A DNA stretch of 64,000 bases from Schizochytrium sp. TIO01 (GCA_004764695.1 SMSO01000035.1:3484040-3548039); one strand, 5' to 3'; shown: positions 23,301-38,442, counted from the stretch's first letter. Notes: generated by a model from the sequence alone, not told the origin. Numbers and translations are program-made.

Positions 23301-26300
23301 TCATGCTGACCTGAGTTGTTGTCGGTATTCGTCTCCTTGGGCTTGCTTTCGAACAAGTTTGCTCATTGAGCTCGGCGTGTCTGCCACGTTGCCATTTCAT
23401 TCGACGGTGGGCGGAAAGGGGAGCTGCAGATAAAGTCAGAGCTCTTCGGGCAGAACTTCGATGTTGTTTCCGAGTGTCAGTAACTTCTTCATTTGCGTGC
23501 TTATCCTCTGCTGATAATTCGTGTTTTCGAAGAGAAGAGAATGGTTGGTATTCACTATACATTCATTCGTTCATTCATTCATTCATTCATTCATTAAATC
23601 AACCTTCTTTCTTTAGGTAACTCTCGAGATACTCCGAATGGAGTTCTTTCCCTCTTCACGCTCGAATTCGCTTTCCTGAACAGTCGTTGGAATGTGAGTG
23701 ATCAGTGCCGATGGCGATCCTTCTCACGAAAAATGAGAATCCCGCCGACTCATGATTTGACCTTCCCTTACTATTTTGTATTGTTTAAAGAAAAAGTTCT
23801 TTGCGAGAACGAACTTGCACACCAAACAGGTATGCTCTTCTTCCATTGCCTTCCGCTGATTACCAACCTATATACGCTGTCTACGCGGCTCCTACTGCCT
23901 ATGTGCAAGTTCTTCTTCGCCCAAAGGGAGATTAGCCAGCGGTATGTAAATCAAAGAGCTTCTCGCAATTTGACTTCCCATAGCACAGAGCATTCATCTG
24001 CTTTGGCCGCCATTAGAGGAAGATAAGACGCGCTCAATGTCCTGTCAAAATGGCTGTTCTTCTGAACAGATAATACCTGTCTACGTCTCTTTACTACGCT
24101 CCACAACTTTTGCAGCTCGAAAGGCACCCAGAGCTTTCAAGCGAGGAGTTTACTTCACCTCTTGAGGGTTCGCTTCTGATTACAACATTATAAATGACTG
24201 ACTGACTGACTGACTGACTGACTGACTGACTGACTGACTGACTGAGGCCAAAGAATCTGAGCTGCCATGGCAAGGCAAGAAACTGGCCATTTGGATACAT
24301 GACGCTCTTTTTCGAAGTTTCCGTGGACTCTACAGACTTCATCCCACTCTGATCAAAGCTATCAGAGCGCAATTATCTATCAGAAGCACTTGAATGAACA
24401 AATGTATCAATCAACTCATTCGTGGCAATTGAGGACTCCTCTTGCTACGAAACCTGCCTGTGCTGCGCTCGTGTATATTGAACGATCCGACTCCGTCATT
24501 GACTAATGAACATCTCCAGCGCCGGAGCACCTTCTTTTACTTCTTCTTCTTCTTCTTCTTCTTTTTCTTTTTCTTCTTTTATGATGTATGTACTACAGTT
24601 GAAGGAATCCAAGTGCCCGAGTCAGGGCACTCGAACCATTTGGTTGCTTGAAGGTAAAGTAGCCCAGAGAACACTGTGGGATTACTTGTGACCCAGGCGA
24701 CCCTGGGTCACGATCTTTGCGAGGGCCTGTGTTGATTGAGAGGGCGACCGGCGAGAAAAGCGGAGTCCGCCGCTTTTGCGTGTTGAGAAAGGAACAGACC
24801 AAACCATCTTTTATTCTGACAGACTCAAATTTCTTTAATATTATCGTTTGTTGATCTTTATCATTTAGTTGAAAACATTTATCTCTCTATTATTATTTTT
24901 TCTAGTTTTCGTAAAAATAATAATATGTATATTTTATTTCATTGTTCTGATTAAAATATTTTTTAATTTTTTTTGTTGAAAAATAGATATAAAATAAAAT
25001 AGTACATGTTATTAAAAACAGCGGATGGGCGAGCACTGCGCGGCAGAAGCTGTCGGTGCACATGTCACTGCTACAACCACAGAAGCGAAGCAGATATTCA
25101 AACTAATACAATCGAGCTGGCATGATCATTTTTCTCAAAACAACTTATCTTCATTCAGTTGCTCCGACCCAGGTGCTTGCTTGCCTACTAACAAAATATT
25201 ATATCTAGAAAAGTGATTTATTTTCTCTCTCTTTTTTGAACGACTCGAAAAATAAAGAATCGCGGCGAAGGATGGCAAAGAGACAAAAGCTAGCTAGTTT
25301 TATTGCTTTGGTATTCGCAGTGTGCGTGTTACAGTTTGCGCTGTGCCCACCAAGAATGCCTGCATGCGCACAGGTCCTCCAAACTATGCAGATAGGTCAG
25401 ATTTTTAACCTGTACGTACACCTTGAACTCTTTTTATGAGATGAGCCGCAGAGGGGCTTCCTAGATTCCACATAGGTACCTGTTGTGTCCGCCCCTCCTA
25501 GCGTTTCTAGTAACCCTCCAGTACATATGGCCAGAACTCCAAAAAATAAAACCTTTATATAGTACAAAACAAAACAAACAAACAAATAAACAAACAAACA
25601 AACAAAATCACTCGCATATTGCTGTCTCTGAGTTTCACAACTTGATAAAAACGCCCAAGGTTCTTCTAGTACAGTCCAAGTTCAGAAAAGACCCGCTCTC
25701 GGTGCAATGGATCTATGCTTGGACACAGGCATACACGGGCGCTATGCGCTTCTCTTCGTTCTTGCGTTGATCTCCTTGGACCGAGAGCCGCTCTTGGAGC
25801 GGGACGTCACAGTCTCGGTAAAAAACAAAACAAAACAAAAAACTGAAGGTCGTCTCCCGACATCGATCTCAGATCATATCACAAATCAACCACAGCAAAG
25901 ACAACAACAGACAGCAATAACCTCCACAGCAACGGCCGCTACGCCCCCAATCGCAACCACACATGTGGCCAACAAAGTTTGCAAGAACGCAGACTTTCAG
26001 GTACCCTGTCTCGAAATGACCACCAAAAAGGGCTCCGCGAGGCCAAGCTTTCGACTCACCGTCTGCTCACTGCAGAGCCGTTTTGACACGACACAGCAGA
26101 AGCCTTCAAGAGCCTGAGAGCGAGCGAGGCAAGGCGAAGCGAAGCGCAGCAAAACAAATAAATAACCGATTGTCCTTGTCAAGCAAGACCTCCGCAGAAG
26201 AAACGTTTTGGCTCAAGAAGAAGAAGAGCAAATGGCGATGATGATGAGCGCCACTTGTAGACAGGCAGATGGACGTAAAGTAATTAAGCAGGTGGCCTCC

Positions 26301-29300
26301 CTCCCTCCCTCCCTCCCTCCTCAACAAGCAATTGAAACACAAATTAAGGACCTCTGGACGAGGGAGGCCGAAGCAAGTTTCCGTCTCCGCCGCGGTCGAA
26401 ACTTCCCGATACCCGGAGGTGAGAAAGAAAACGATACGCTTGCTACTCATGGAGGGAGCTCTTGAAAGCGTGGCCTCTCTCTCAAACAAAACGAGGCTTT
26501 CCAAGTAACTGTGACACACAGCAGACTTCGCCTCAAGCAAAGCTCCGTTTTCGTATGCGCCTCTTGATCGATCGATCGATCGATCTGTCTCCATATGAAG
26601 GAATGTATGGATCTGTGAATCTATCTCTTCTTTTTCTTTCAAACTCGTGCTCCCCGGAAAGAAAGAATCCCAAAAAGAAAGCCAAAACTCAACTCGCTCG
26701 CTTCTTCGCCTCAGGACGCGGACGCGGACGAGGACGCGGACGCGGACCTCGAGGATGCCAATGGTGCGTGACTGATATCTCTTTGGCCCTCTTTGATCTC
26801 TGACAGCCAAAGAAGAGCTGGCTACAACCTGAGTGGCATCGCCGACATTAACGTATCGAGAAATGAAACAATTTCGAAGAAGCAAGTTCCCACTTCTCCT
26901 CTCGCGAAAGAAGTGCGTGCGTCGGTTTTGTGGTCTTTGCGTCTGTCTGTTTTAATATGCAGGTACCTAGCTCAAACCGTAGGAGGCAACTTAGTTGGCC
27001 CTTTCCTTTCAGCCTGAGCAGTCTTAGGCAGTGAGTCAGTCAGTCATTGAATGAGTCAGTCAGTCAGTATCAATTGCAATGTGTTCCCTTTCGTATCTAA
27101 AACAAACTGGGCAGGCAAGGAATGTACTGTCTGTGCTTTTGATCTCTTATTCCCACGGCGTGAACAAAAATGTATGAGCCATCGCTTTTTTGATGGCTAT
27201 GGGAGAGGAGAGAGATCCAACATAGAGGCTCCCGTGCTACCCATTGGCAGGGAACTTCGCATGCTCCGCAACCTGATGGAGCAAAATAGGTAGGTAAATG
27301 GAGGGATCATATCGTAAAGAATCACCGCCATTGCAGCCAGCGCAGGTTTTTAAGTACTAAGTGTGTGCTTTAGAACGAATTTGTTTTGGGGATTGGACTT
27401 TTAGTACCAAATTTTGATTATTTATTGATTTATTTATTTTCATTTATTTAATTTTTGTTTATTTTTTATAAACTCACTCATGTGGCATTGCATTGAATGC
27501 CTCTTTAGGGGCAGTGAAAGTGGTTTGAGTTGGTCTTTTGAAAAAAGCCCAGCCCATCAAAAGGGGCTCAAGCCAGCTCGAATTAGGCTGTGCAAGCAGA
27601 TAATTGGTGCCTAGGTAGGTAGGTACATTTCAATTCCAGTCTTACTTTCAACGAGGGGATTGAGAGGGCCAAGGGAAGCAAACTAACGCAGCAAATATTG
27701 ATCTGCTCGTCGCCACCGCCCCAACCCATATGGTCAGCATCACATTCTTCACTCGTTGATCATCGGCATTGTCTTCAAAGTTCTTTGACTTGTTGAGTTC
27801 CAGCTCTTTCTTTCATTTATTCATTCATTTATTCATTCATTCAATATTCACAACTAACTGACAAAGCAACTGCCATCTCTATACGTCTGTCTCTATTAGA
27901 CTAGCTAGAGAAACAAGGTAGCTAGCTACCGGAACCGCACCTCCGTGCGTCTGTTTTGCTTGCTCAACGAGGGGCTCGCTCAAACTGGGTCACCATGCTA
28001 CTGACTTAAGGCTCTGTTCATAGAGAGTTTCGTACCTCGACGTAGATCATTGATGCGAAAATAAATACAAAAGTAAATACATCCATCCATACATACATAC
28101 ATACATACATCCATACATGCAAACAAACATATATAAAGGTCACAGTAAATGGCTGTGCTCTGCTCCTGACCTGAGGCTTCTGCGTTATGTTTGGAGTTAA
28201 ACTCTGCAAGAACGCAACAGTGCCACCGACTGCTTATTCGTTTCGATAAATTCACGAACCTGCTGCTGAGGAATGGAGGGAGGCGCTTGGAGAGGCGATG
28301 ATGAGCGATAATGCTGTGGCTGAAGCTAGCTTTGAAGTAGTAAAGCAGCAGCTACAACCGAAGCATCGCTATGTCAAGAGACGAAGGAACCAGAACAGCT
28401 GCCCATTGCAAATGAAAGCGGGACTTTACATCATTAATAATTATCTCAAGAAGTTTTCTCTATTTCTTTATGCATTCCTTTCTTTTCAACTTTAAATAAT
28501 TAAATAAACTTATAAATTATCAGCGTGTACTGTCTCGCAAACTTGGTCAGCATCACTTAACATTTCAAACAATAATGGGCACTGCGCATGGATACCTAAT
28601 CGAAAGGCAGTCGCCGAGAACACACCCCACTGTGAGGAAGAATCAAGAAGAATGGCGAAGGCGGTGTTTCGCCAAGTCTAATCTTAATTGAAGAAGAAGA
28701 AGAAGAAGAAGAAGAAGATTAAGAAGAAGTTGAAGTTGCGAAGGCCTGTTGTTGAAGAAGTGCTGAAGAAGTTGTGGTGGGAAGGTGCCTGCTCCTCCAA
28801 CAATTGACCAGAGACCCTCATTACATTGGTTCGCAGACAGTTGAGCAAAGCCAACATTTTAACACATGGCTGACTGACTTACTGACTTACTGACTGGTTC
28901 GTTGATAAGAAATGTATTCTTTCTCTCATCTCGGCTGTAAATAATACCAAATATTTACTCAACGTGGTCATGCATTGGCGGTGGCCTTCAAAACTAGACG
29001 TCGTTTCGAAAGTGAATCAAAATGGAGCCAATAAAAGCCAGTCTGCAGCTTGTACATTAAGGAATCAATCTCCAGAGAAGCGGCTCAAAGGACTGAGAAA
29101 CCCGCCCTTCAGCTCTGCAACCAAACAAAGATAAACAAACAAACATACAAGCAAAGCAAGTTTGTGAAAGTAGTAATTCTCCTTCTTCTTTTCTCTTTTG
29201 TTTTCTTTTGTTTTTCCCACATTAGTATATATAGTGTATCACGAAATGATATGAAATGAAAGAAAGAATGAAAAGGAAGGAAGCCCAACCACGTCTGCCT

Positions 29301-29399
29301 TTGCATGCCTCTGCAAGCAGCCAGCAGAAACCGACAGACATATATGCATACATACATGCATACATACATGCATACATATATACAAACAGACGGACACAT

Positions 29400-29679
29400 A
29401 AACAAACAAACAAACAAACAAACAAACAAACAAACAAACAAACAAACAAACAAACAAACAAACAAACAAACAAACAAACAAACAAACAAACAAACAAACA
29501 AACAAACAAACAAACAAACAAACAAACAAACAAACAAACAAACAAACAAACAAACAAACAAACAAACAAACAAACAAACAAACAAACAAACAAACAAACA
29601 AACAAACAAACAAACAAACAAACAAACAAACAAACAAACAAACAAACAAACAAACAAACAAACAAACAAACAAACAAAC
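29400..29679. repeat. (AAAC)70 microsatellite
   Basis: Perfect array; explains the repetitive ORFs at 29109-29907. Confidence 0.97.
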
Positions 29680-30315
29680 AAAGAACCACTTAATGGCGGG
29701 TTCCTGCGCTCGCAAGAGTCGCAGCGACAGTTGAGCGGCACAGCAGTCGGCCTTGGTCTACTGTGGGCTCCAAACGAACGAACCAGCCAGCCAGACGCCA
29801 CATGTGGAAAGAGAGAAAGTTCACGTTGTGTAACAGGAAGTCCAAGTTATCCAAAGGGCGAGAAACCCAAGAATGAATGCATTTCAACACATCGAATGAA
29901 TGAATGAATGAACGAATGAATGAATGAACGAATGAATGAATGAACGAATGAATGAATGAGCTGAGGATAAGATATCTGACTGACTAACTGACTGACCGCC
30001 TACCCAAACCCAAGCGCCAACTGGTCAACCGACTGACTAAGTGCCTGGCTGCATTTTGGCTGCCAGGGATATATTTGTATGGGTTTGTTACACAGCGACT
30101 CGCAGGAACCTACTGAGGCAGGCAGTATTCAAGGAGAACAGAACGGTCTCTGGGGAACGCGAACCGGCCTAGCTAGGCAGCACTCTCTCTGTCTCTCACT
30201 CTCTTAAAGCGTTGTGAGGCAGCAGATTCTTCAAGAATCGAAGTCACGATAGGAAAACGCCGTCTTTGCCCAAACCATTCAAGCATGTCTTATCAGGAGA
30301 CCAAAACAATCAAAA

Positions 30316-30720
30316 CTAAACTAAACTAAACTAAACTTAACTAAACTTAACTAAACTTAACTAAACTAAACTAAACTAAACTAAACTAAACTAAACTAAA
30401 CTAAACTAAACTAAACTAAACTTAACTAAACTTAACTAAACTTAACTAAACTAAACTAAACTAAACTAAACTAAACTAAACTAAACTAAACTAAACTAAA
30501 CTAAACTAAACTAAACTTAACTTAACTTAACTTAACTAAACTTAACTAAACTTAACTAAACTAAACTTAACTTAACTAAGCTTAACTTAACTAAACTTAA
30601 CTAAACTAAACTTAACTAAACTTAACTAAACTAAACTTAACTAAACTTAACTAAACTAAACTAAACTAAACTAAACTAAACTAAACTAAACTAAACTAAA
30701 CTAAACTAAACTAAACTAAA
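30316..30720. repeat. Pentamer satellite of 81 units mixing CTAAA and CTTAA
   Basis: 405 nt in unbroken 5-nt phase; one CTAAG variant at 30576-30580. Confidence 0.97.
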
Positions 30721-31600
30721 CAAACCAGAAGAATTAAAACAAAGCACACGCGAATACTAAAAACGAAAAATGAACAGGACATATATACGTCGTGGCTCTT
30801 CGAATGAATGAATGAATTAATTAATGAATTAGTTCATCAGTTCATTAATTAATCAATACGACGCAGAAGAAAGAGATCGGAGGCCTCAAGAACTCGAGTT
30901 GACCTGAGTTAAAGCACCGGCAGTCCTCTCCTCACCTCACGGCTTTCCTTTAGCTTGGCCCATACGGCGCACACCGACAGACTGAGGTAGGCAGGTGTGC
31001 GACGCTAGTAAACCATAGTGCGGAGGCTACCACGGTGCTTGCCTCTTTCGCCGGGGATGCCTTTGGAATGCGTTCCGTTCAACCCATCTCAGGCTCCGCC
31101 TTGAATTGAATGGAGACCTCCTTCATCTTCGTTGTGTTCTTCGTTGTGTTCTTCGTTGTGTTCTTCGTCGTCTGCTTCGTCGTCTGCTTCATCGACCTCT
31201 CGCGCTCAGAACTCAGACCGAAGATCGAAAGAAAGTTAGAGTCACGATTCGCGTCGCAGCGAAACGAAGGGGGGCCGTAGAGTGGCGAATGAAAAAGAGG
31301 AAAGGAGAGAAGAGAAGCTTTGGACTCGGGCTGTAAAGAAGAGAAGGTCAGGCATTGAGTGAGTGAATGAGTGAATGAGTGAATGAGTGAGTGAGTGAGA
31401 GATAAGAAGAAAGAGGAAATGGGAAATAAGTTGGAGGGAAAGAAGTTGTTTGTTTTTCTGTTTGTTTTTCTGTTTGTTTTGTTGTTTTGTTGTTTTGTTG
31501 TTTTGTTTTTTGGGGGTTAAATAAATTGGATTAACGATGGGGAAAGAGGATGGACGGCGGTGAAAGAGGAGTAAGTAGGACAGGTAAGAGATCGCGTTTG

Positions 31601-31748
<148 letters not shown>

Positions 31749-34700
31749 AGCAGACTTCTTACGATTAGATCACTTGTGTGGGGATGGATATATGAATGAA
31801 TGAATGAATGAATGGGTGGATGGAAGGGTGGAAGATGACGCCACCATTCTGCTCAGGAAGAAGGACCCATGAGAATCCATCCACACCTATTCAAACTGCA
31901 CGATGACCCTGGCGCCAAGGGCATCTACCTTGTACAAGTGAAGAGAGCTCATAACTTGAAGGTTGGCTCAGGATGGCCATGACTGTGCCAAGTCATTACA
32001 ATTGCGCTCTTACGGTAGTACCTTTTAAAAAAAAACATATATTCATAGCCTATGTCTTACGTATCGTTGCTTCTAGTAATTGTATTTTTGCTGTGATTCA
32101 TCAGAGCAAAAGACTTGATTTTATTTTAACAGCAGCTGATCAAGTCGATAGCAAGCGTACGACGGCTGACAACTGATCGCTCTTTAGGTGAAGTACGCCT
32201 CTAATTTCTAAATCACGCCTGACTTAACGGCAACCAGCTCAAAAGACATGATCCGCTCTACCTCTGTGCAAGGACTCATTAATATGGATGATAACTTCGA
32301 AGGCAACAAGGTAATATGGGTCCCTCTTCGTACTCCTTTTCAAGCAAATTGTCATTCGCAGAGATAAATTCGCTGAGTAACTTTTATCTTTGTGCTTTTA
32401 ATTTATACACATATTCTTTTTCATTTTTTTTTCATTTTTATGCATTTTTTTTCAGTAATTCTTTTAATTTAATTAAAAAAATGTTTGACCGCGCTTCGTA
32501 CTTGAGTGTTTTTTATTTTATTTTTTTTCACTTTAAAGACTTATCGGATAGCGTATAATTAGGAAAAGTGGTTCATATCATAAAATGACATACATGGCGC
32601 TTCTTACAGCATACAAATATCGGTGCATCGAATAAGATAGCATGCCTTGTTTGAGTCTTTTTCGAGGAAGAACTGCATGTTGGGCCTTTCTTTAAGGTAA
32701 AAGACATGACCATCTTTGAGTGCCCTCCTTTTCTTTTCTCCACTGCAATCTCTTCCTTTCTTTCTTTTTCCAGTTCTATTTAATTCTATTCTATTTAACT
32801 ATTTACACTGTATTCCAAATTATATCTTACTTTAAATGCAAAGAAGAAGAAAAACGGTTTAAGACTAGTTACGTAAACGGATTGGCAAGCAGAGACCTTT
32901 CTGATAACTGTCTCCTCGGAGGCACAACGATAAAACCATCTTGATAGTCAAACTCCAAACTTGGGCCCAGCACTGCGCTCAAGCATGGATACTCCGCTGC
33001 AGTAAATTCGTCTTCTTTAATTTCGAAGACAACAGCAGAAAATGTTTAAAATCTCACCGTCCACATTGTCCTCCTCGAAGCTGCAGAGCGGCCGCCACTT
33101 TGAAGTTAGTTACAGAAAATGAAGGACCGAAATTTAACGGAGGCACAGGAGTGGTGCCTCCTTCACTCGATCGAAACAAGCATGTTCTACACATGACAAA
33201 GCTTGTTGATTCCCTTGTTATCTACTCCGCCTACGAGCAGTACCGGAAAGGCGGTGTTAAAAATAGTCTATTTTGAAATGTGATCCTAACACATGTCGCT
33301 TCACTTTATATTCGGTTAACACTAAAATTTTACTTTAAACTGTAGTACTGCTATTTTTTAATTAGAAAAGAGAAAGAGAAAGAGAAAGGAGAACCTTTTG
33401 AGTCCAAAAAGCTACTTAGCTGCTGTGGGCGTCATGAATTTTACTAGACAAATCTGGGCTGGAACAACTTTTGGCTTCCAACAAAGAAGCTATAGCTTTC
33501 AATTACTCCCTTCAACAAAGCATACTAGTGCTAGTTTGCCCACACCATAACACGACTTAGACTTTTGCTTTCAGTTGATAAGGTGCGCGAAAGGAGGTTT
33601 ACCTTAGCAGCTCTCAACACTATCTGCTAGCTGATAGAAAGCGAAAAGAACAATGTGCCAAGCGAATTTAAAATTCGAATTTCTTTAAATTTTTAATGCG
33701 TGTTTTTCTCATTTGTTTCTATGAGTAAATAAGGTATTTAGTAATTCTTCTTCTCCTAATAATTCTTCTTTCCTTCTTTTAATGAAAAGCTTTGGAAATA
33801 CCTCAACCTGGCCACCTGACTGCTTACTATCATCTATGGATCGGCAACCCCCCATTGGGCCCGGTCCATAAACAAGCAGAAGGTATCTCTTAGGCTAAGA
33901 TTCAGAACAGAGCGGGTGTTACTTCGCGCGATGTAGCCGGACTTTTTCAATCGTTGGTCTTGATATAAAATATTAGCTACGAACTAAAGTAAATTTATTA
34001 TTCAAGTTGGTCTTTTCGCCTTTTTTCTTGTATATTGCTTTTCCTTTCTTTCTTTTTTCACATTATTTTTTGTTCAGCTCACAGCAAAAAATAAATCTGT
34101 ATTCAGCTCCATTAGTACACTCTTTAATCATGCCACATTTTAATTTTTAGTTTTATAAAGTTTTTAATAGTAATTATAATTTCTGAAAGATGATCCCATT
34201 GTTTATTCTTTCCTCTGAAATAAAACATTTTAAAAGACGCGGCGGCGAAAAAATGGGTCAGACTTCTTTTAAAGAACTGTGTAGCTCTGGAATGCTGACC
34301 TTGCTACCATCGAAGAAAAAGGCGTGCGTCGCCATCGCCTTCTTTCAAAAATATTCATCATCTTTCTCTGATGGGTTGCCCTACCGACATGGCTATCCTG
34401 AGCCCTTCTGCCTTTGATCCTATGGATTTCCGAGCGCGATTCCTGTAGTCGCAATCGTCATCTCAGAGTGTCATTCTTCGCAGCAGAGCTAACTCTAACA
34501 TCTGCAGACATGTTATCTTTATATAATATGTGTATACACTACTATGCCAAGATATATAATCAAAAGGACGGTTGCGCACGTCTATTTTTCATGAAAGTGA
34601 CCTAAAGCATCACAACGGGATAAGCAATAACATGTGAGACCCATACGACATAACCACTATTTAGATAGATACACGCAAGAACGCACCAAGCATCTCTCTG

Positions 34701-37629
34701 GTATTGTCTTAAGAGTTTTTGAGGTCCTCTTTTGGCCTGCTAGTGTGAATGTTGTGACCAGTTATGCGGTTTCACTGGGCCTTCCTTTACTAATTGATTA
34801 GATCAAATTATATATCTACAGCACACCCGACCGTCTTTTGCACCTTTTCAATCACATTTTACATGTTATGATTTATTACGCAACTTTATTCTTTATTAAT
34901 TTTAATTTTAAAATTAACAAATATATAAATGAAATTCCGGTATATGGATATATTTAGAAATAAACTAAAATATCTGATAGAGGATTACCATCGATCATAT
35001 CGGAGCATTATGAACCTATCCGCTTTGCCCATATTCTAAGGGTGTTCTTTAGTATCTTTGAAGACTCGACTTTTCAGCTTTCGAGGGCGTCTATGTTATT
35101 TCAACTCATATAACATCTGTACTATGCACTACAAACTTTCAAGATCATTGGTTTTCGCAGTCCTTCAAACCTTTCTAAAAGCTGAAAGCGAATATCCCCT
35201 TGAATAGTACTATGATACGCTGTAGTAGTAGGCATGTACCCCCCTCTTCATTGTTGAGTACATACAAATTTTCTACTGCATCTCTTGTTTGATTTTACAT
35301 GCGCTTCTTTGTCATTCAAACTTTCACCGATTCAATAACGATAAAAGCCAAAAAGAAGGAGCACCTAAGCAGAAAAACGATACGGAAGATAATCCTTCTG
35401 TATGTAATCTACATCTATGGAAGTCAAGTCATTGGTATGATCGCTCTTGTCTGATTTTAAATCAAAAGCCTTATCTCTAAACAATCGAAGTGTTATTTAA
35501 TTGCTCTTTCTCTTCTTCGACTCACGCTGTGAAGAAGAAAAGTAAAGAAGAAAGAAATTCTAAAACAGGAAAAATGATTAAAGAGACAAGTCTGCACTTT
35601 GTAATCCAGTACAATTTTATAGAACGTGAGCTGCCAGTAACGAGAAGAGAGTAAGTCCCATAGGGGAATGACGACAAAAAAAAATAAAAATTATGGAAGT
35701 TTATGTCTCCTTTATCTCATTTCGAAACCTAATTTGATGATTTTGCGATTTTTTTCGTCTCTCGGGAATCACATCAATACTGGTGTATACCATTCTATCA
35801 CAAACCGAAAGTAGAAAGAGATATGGACAATAGTAACCTTATTGAAATATTCACACATGTAAGTTTTTTTAATGAATAATGCCTTTTCATTTGATTTGCT
35901 TTTTTTTATGATAAGGCATCCATCCACCCAACATTGACCCACTCTTTTTGTTTAGAAGCAGTATTTGTTCGCAAGTGTTAATCAATTGTGAAATTTCTCA
36001 TCTTTGGAACATCAGTTCCTGTATTGCACCACATTTTTCTCACTGTGTTACTCTGCTAGATTGCTTTGCCTTTTCTGCTTGAATGTTGAAGATTACCACA
36101 TTGAACAATTATAGCTTTTGGGGGCCTTGGTGGGGTGTTGTTAAGCGAGTTGAATTGCATATTGCTTCGCATAGTACAATATTCTTTTCCAGTAAACTTT
36201 AGAAGCCTGTTCGAACTCAGTTTTCTGGAGGTTTTTAAAAATAATTGTTCAGTGTATCACGTGAAGGTTAAATTTTAAATTGGCAATCTATCGGTCTACT
36301 CTTTACACTACACTTTTTACACTATACACTTGGACTGATGAAAGGTACTAGGTCGGCTGAGTCATGTTACTTGCATCATCGTATGTCGCTTTCAAAATGC
36401 CATCCATGCACTCTTTGATGCAGATTTCTTACGCGTAGAGATGTACCCCCAAAGCAGGTGTTTGCAACGCACGCGTATGCCCGTCGGCATCTCTATAAAC
36501 AATTGCGTTCACAATTTGTCTTTATACTGACTGTTTCTGCTGTTAAAACTTTGGGAATCAGCATCGTAAGAAATTATGATAAAAGAGTCTTTAGAGGTTA
36601 AATGCCTAACAGAGCAAGTGTCATGACCAACCGCAGCCTGCACAAGTAGCATAATTAACCATATATGTGCCCTATCGTCGTTTTCCAATGTGTCTTTAAA
36701 AGAAGGATTCGAAGATAAGCATAAACATTCAGTTTCATTTTTTGCATTGTTATTTACCAATTGAGTTTTTAATGAAAATACCACTGCCCTAATTGTTTAT
36801 TTAATTTATCATGATAAAAGGTCTCCGTTCTGGTTATTTTTTCAGAGAGAAAGAAAATGATATAGAAAACTCTAACAGAGTGCCCAAAAACCCGAATAGA
36901 TGAACATCACACGCGTTCAAGCGAAATCGTCTCTAACAAATGTTCTTTAAATTATAAAACCTCTTACTGAGAAGAGATAGGTATATATCTTTACGACACC
37001 ACTTGCAATGCTGGAAGGAACACCTTTTGACACCATGGCCACGTTTCATTACCTGTCCTTTTGAATATGCAATATGCGACTGTGCTCTAGCTCAGCATTG
37101 CTTCTGGCTAGTCCATGAAGCAAAGAAAATAACAAAATCATCAAGGATACCGAGGCTATTCCGTCATTCAGAAAGTACAAAACTCGCGCATGCTAGCTGT
37201 TATCATATCCCAAAAGGTCCTTTCAAACTTAAGTTGAGAACCACCAAACAGTTCGGACTCTTTCCTAATACTCATCTTGTAATCTGAATAATTGTTCTTC
37301 TAATTCTAGTATGTGCGCAAATGAAAGTGCGTTGGCAGCGGCAAAAGGCGCTCAAAAAGCTGACTAAAAATGCTGGAGACATTACATACCACCATTCTTT
37401 AATTGAATAAATGTTAATGATGAATAATAAATTTGCAGTTTACTTCTTCCTTCCTCTTCTTCTTCTTCTTCTTAAACAACAGGGCACCCTAGCATCTTGT
37501 TAGAATGCAGTTTCTCACGCGGGATGATTCGGCCCTAAACTACAATGTTAAAAAGGTGTCTCATAATGACTTGCTCTTGAATACCGATTTACTTTTCCAA
37601 TCCTGTTTTAGCCACACTTTATCTACACA

Positions 37630-38442
37630 GGCGAACCAGGATATCCAACCATAACGATAACGTCGTTTCTAACACTCTCATTCGTTTGAAACCATCATGA
37701 AGCAATTCAGGCTTTACCAAGCCTCACAGCGATTGCAAGCTTATCATCAGCGTACTATCTCTCTTCAGACCAAATATTTTTCCGGAGTATATGAAGCTTT
37801 TGGGTGGAAACAGTTATAAGCTGCTTCTTTATTTAATCATGAAACATAATTTTAAAATCATATGAGCTACATGAGCAGTTTGCCTTAAACTATTATTCAC
37901 GAGTTTGAGAACAACAGCTTGTTATGATCTCATCTAAAAGCAAGTCATTGATGCATCAGCCGCTCAACCCATTGTGAGTCTTGAAATAAACTTAAACTTC
38001 GAGAGATTTTCAATCTCGGAACTCTTCATCTTGGTAATGCATGTTAATGAATAGAAGAACAATAGGGTAGCAGGTATTAAGAAGTTGGAATTAATCGAAA
38101 TCTTAGCAATGGTTAACCACCAGCTTCAACACATGCATACCGTACGTTATTAACAAAATGAAGGAATCCTCCATGACGAAAACTCGAAATTAAGTGGAAG
38201 TAATAGTAGCAAGATGCTATAATACGTACATATTCTTCTGTAGCAAAGAATTTGATTGTCCTCTTCAGAGAAAAGAGAAATGCAGTTGAAGACTGTTGTA
38301 TGTATGAATTCAACTCGTGGTCGCAGTGTATTAACTTTGCAACGTCCACGGTGAGTGTGCGCTGTGTGGTGTGAAGTTCAATCTTCAATCGGTGCAAAAT
38401 ATGTAAAAGCAAAGTGGGTTTTGCAAACAACTGAGGACCCAT
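37630..38442 (-). mobile_element. Possible decayed Penelope-like RT fragment
   Basis: Ordered degenerate motifs across stops and frameshifts: TLTVDVAKL (~38350), *CINDLLL (~37945; three substitutions from RYIDDL), AYNCFHPKASYTPE (~37815), LWLDILVR (~37645). Spacing of the last two is longer than expected. Confidence 0.3.

Noticed and set aside
29109-29907. ORFs with (CLFV)n or (QTNK)n repeats
   Set aside because: Artefacts of the (AAAC)n array.
33885-33910. GGCTAAGAT resembling the U2 snRNA 5' region
   Set aside because: No GTGTAGTA branch-pairing sequence or Sm site follows.
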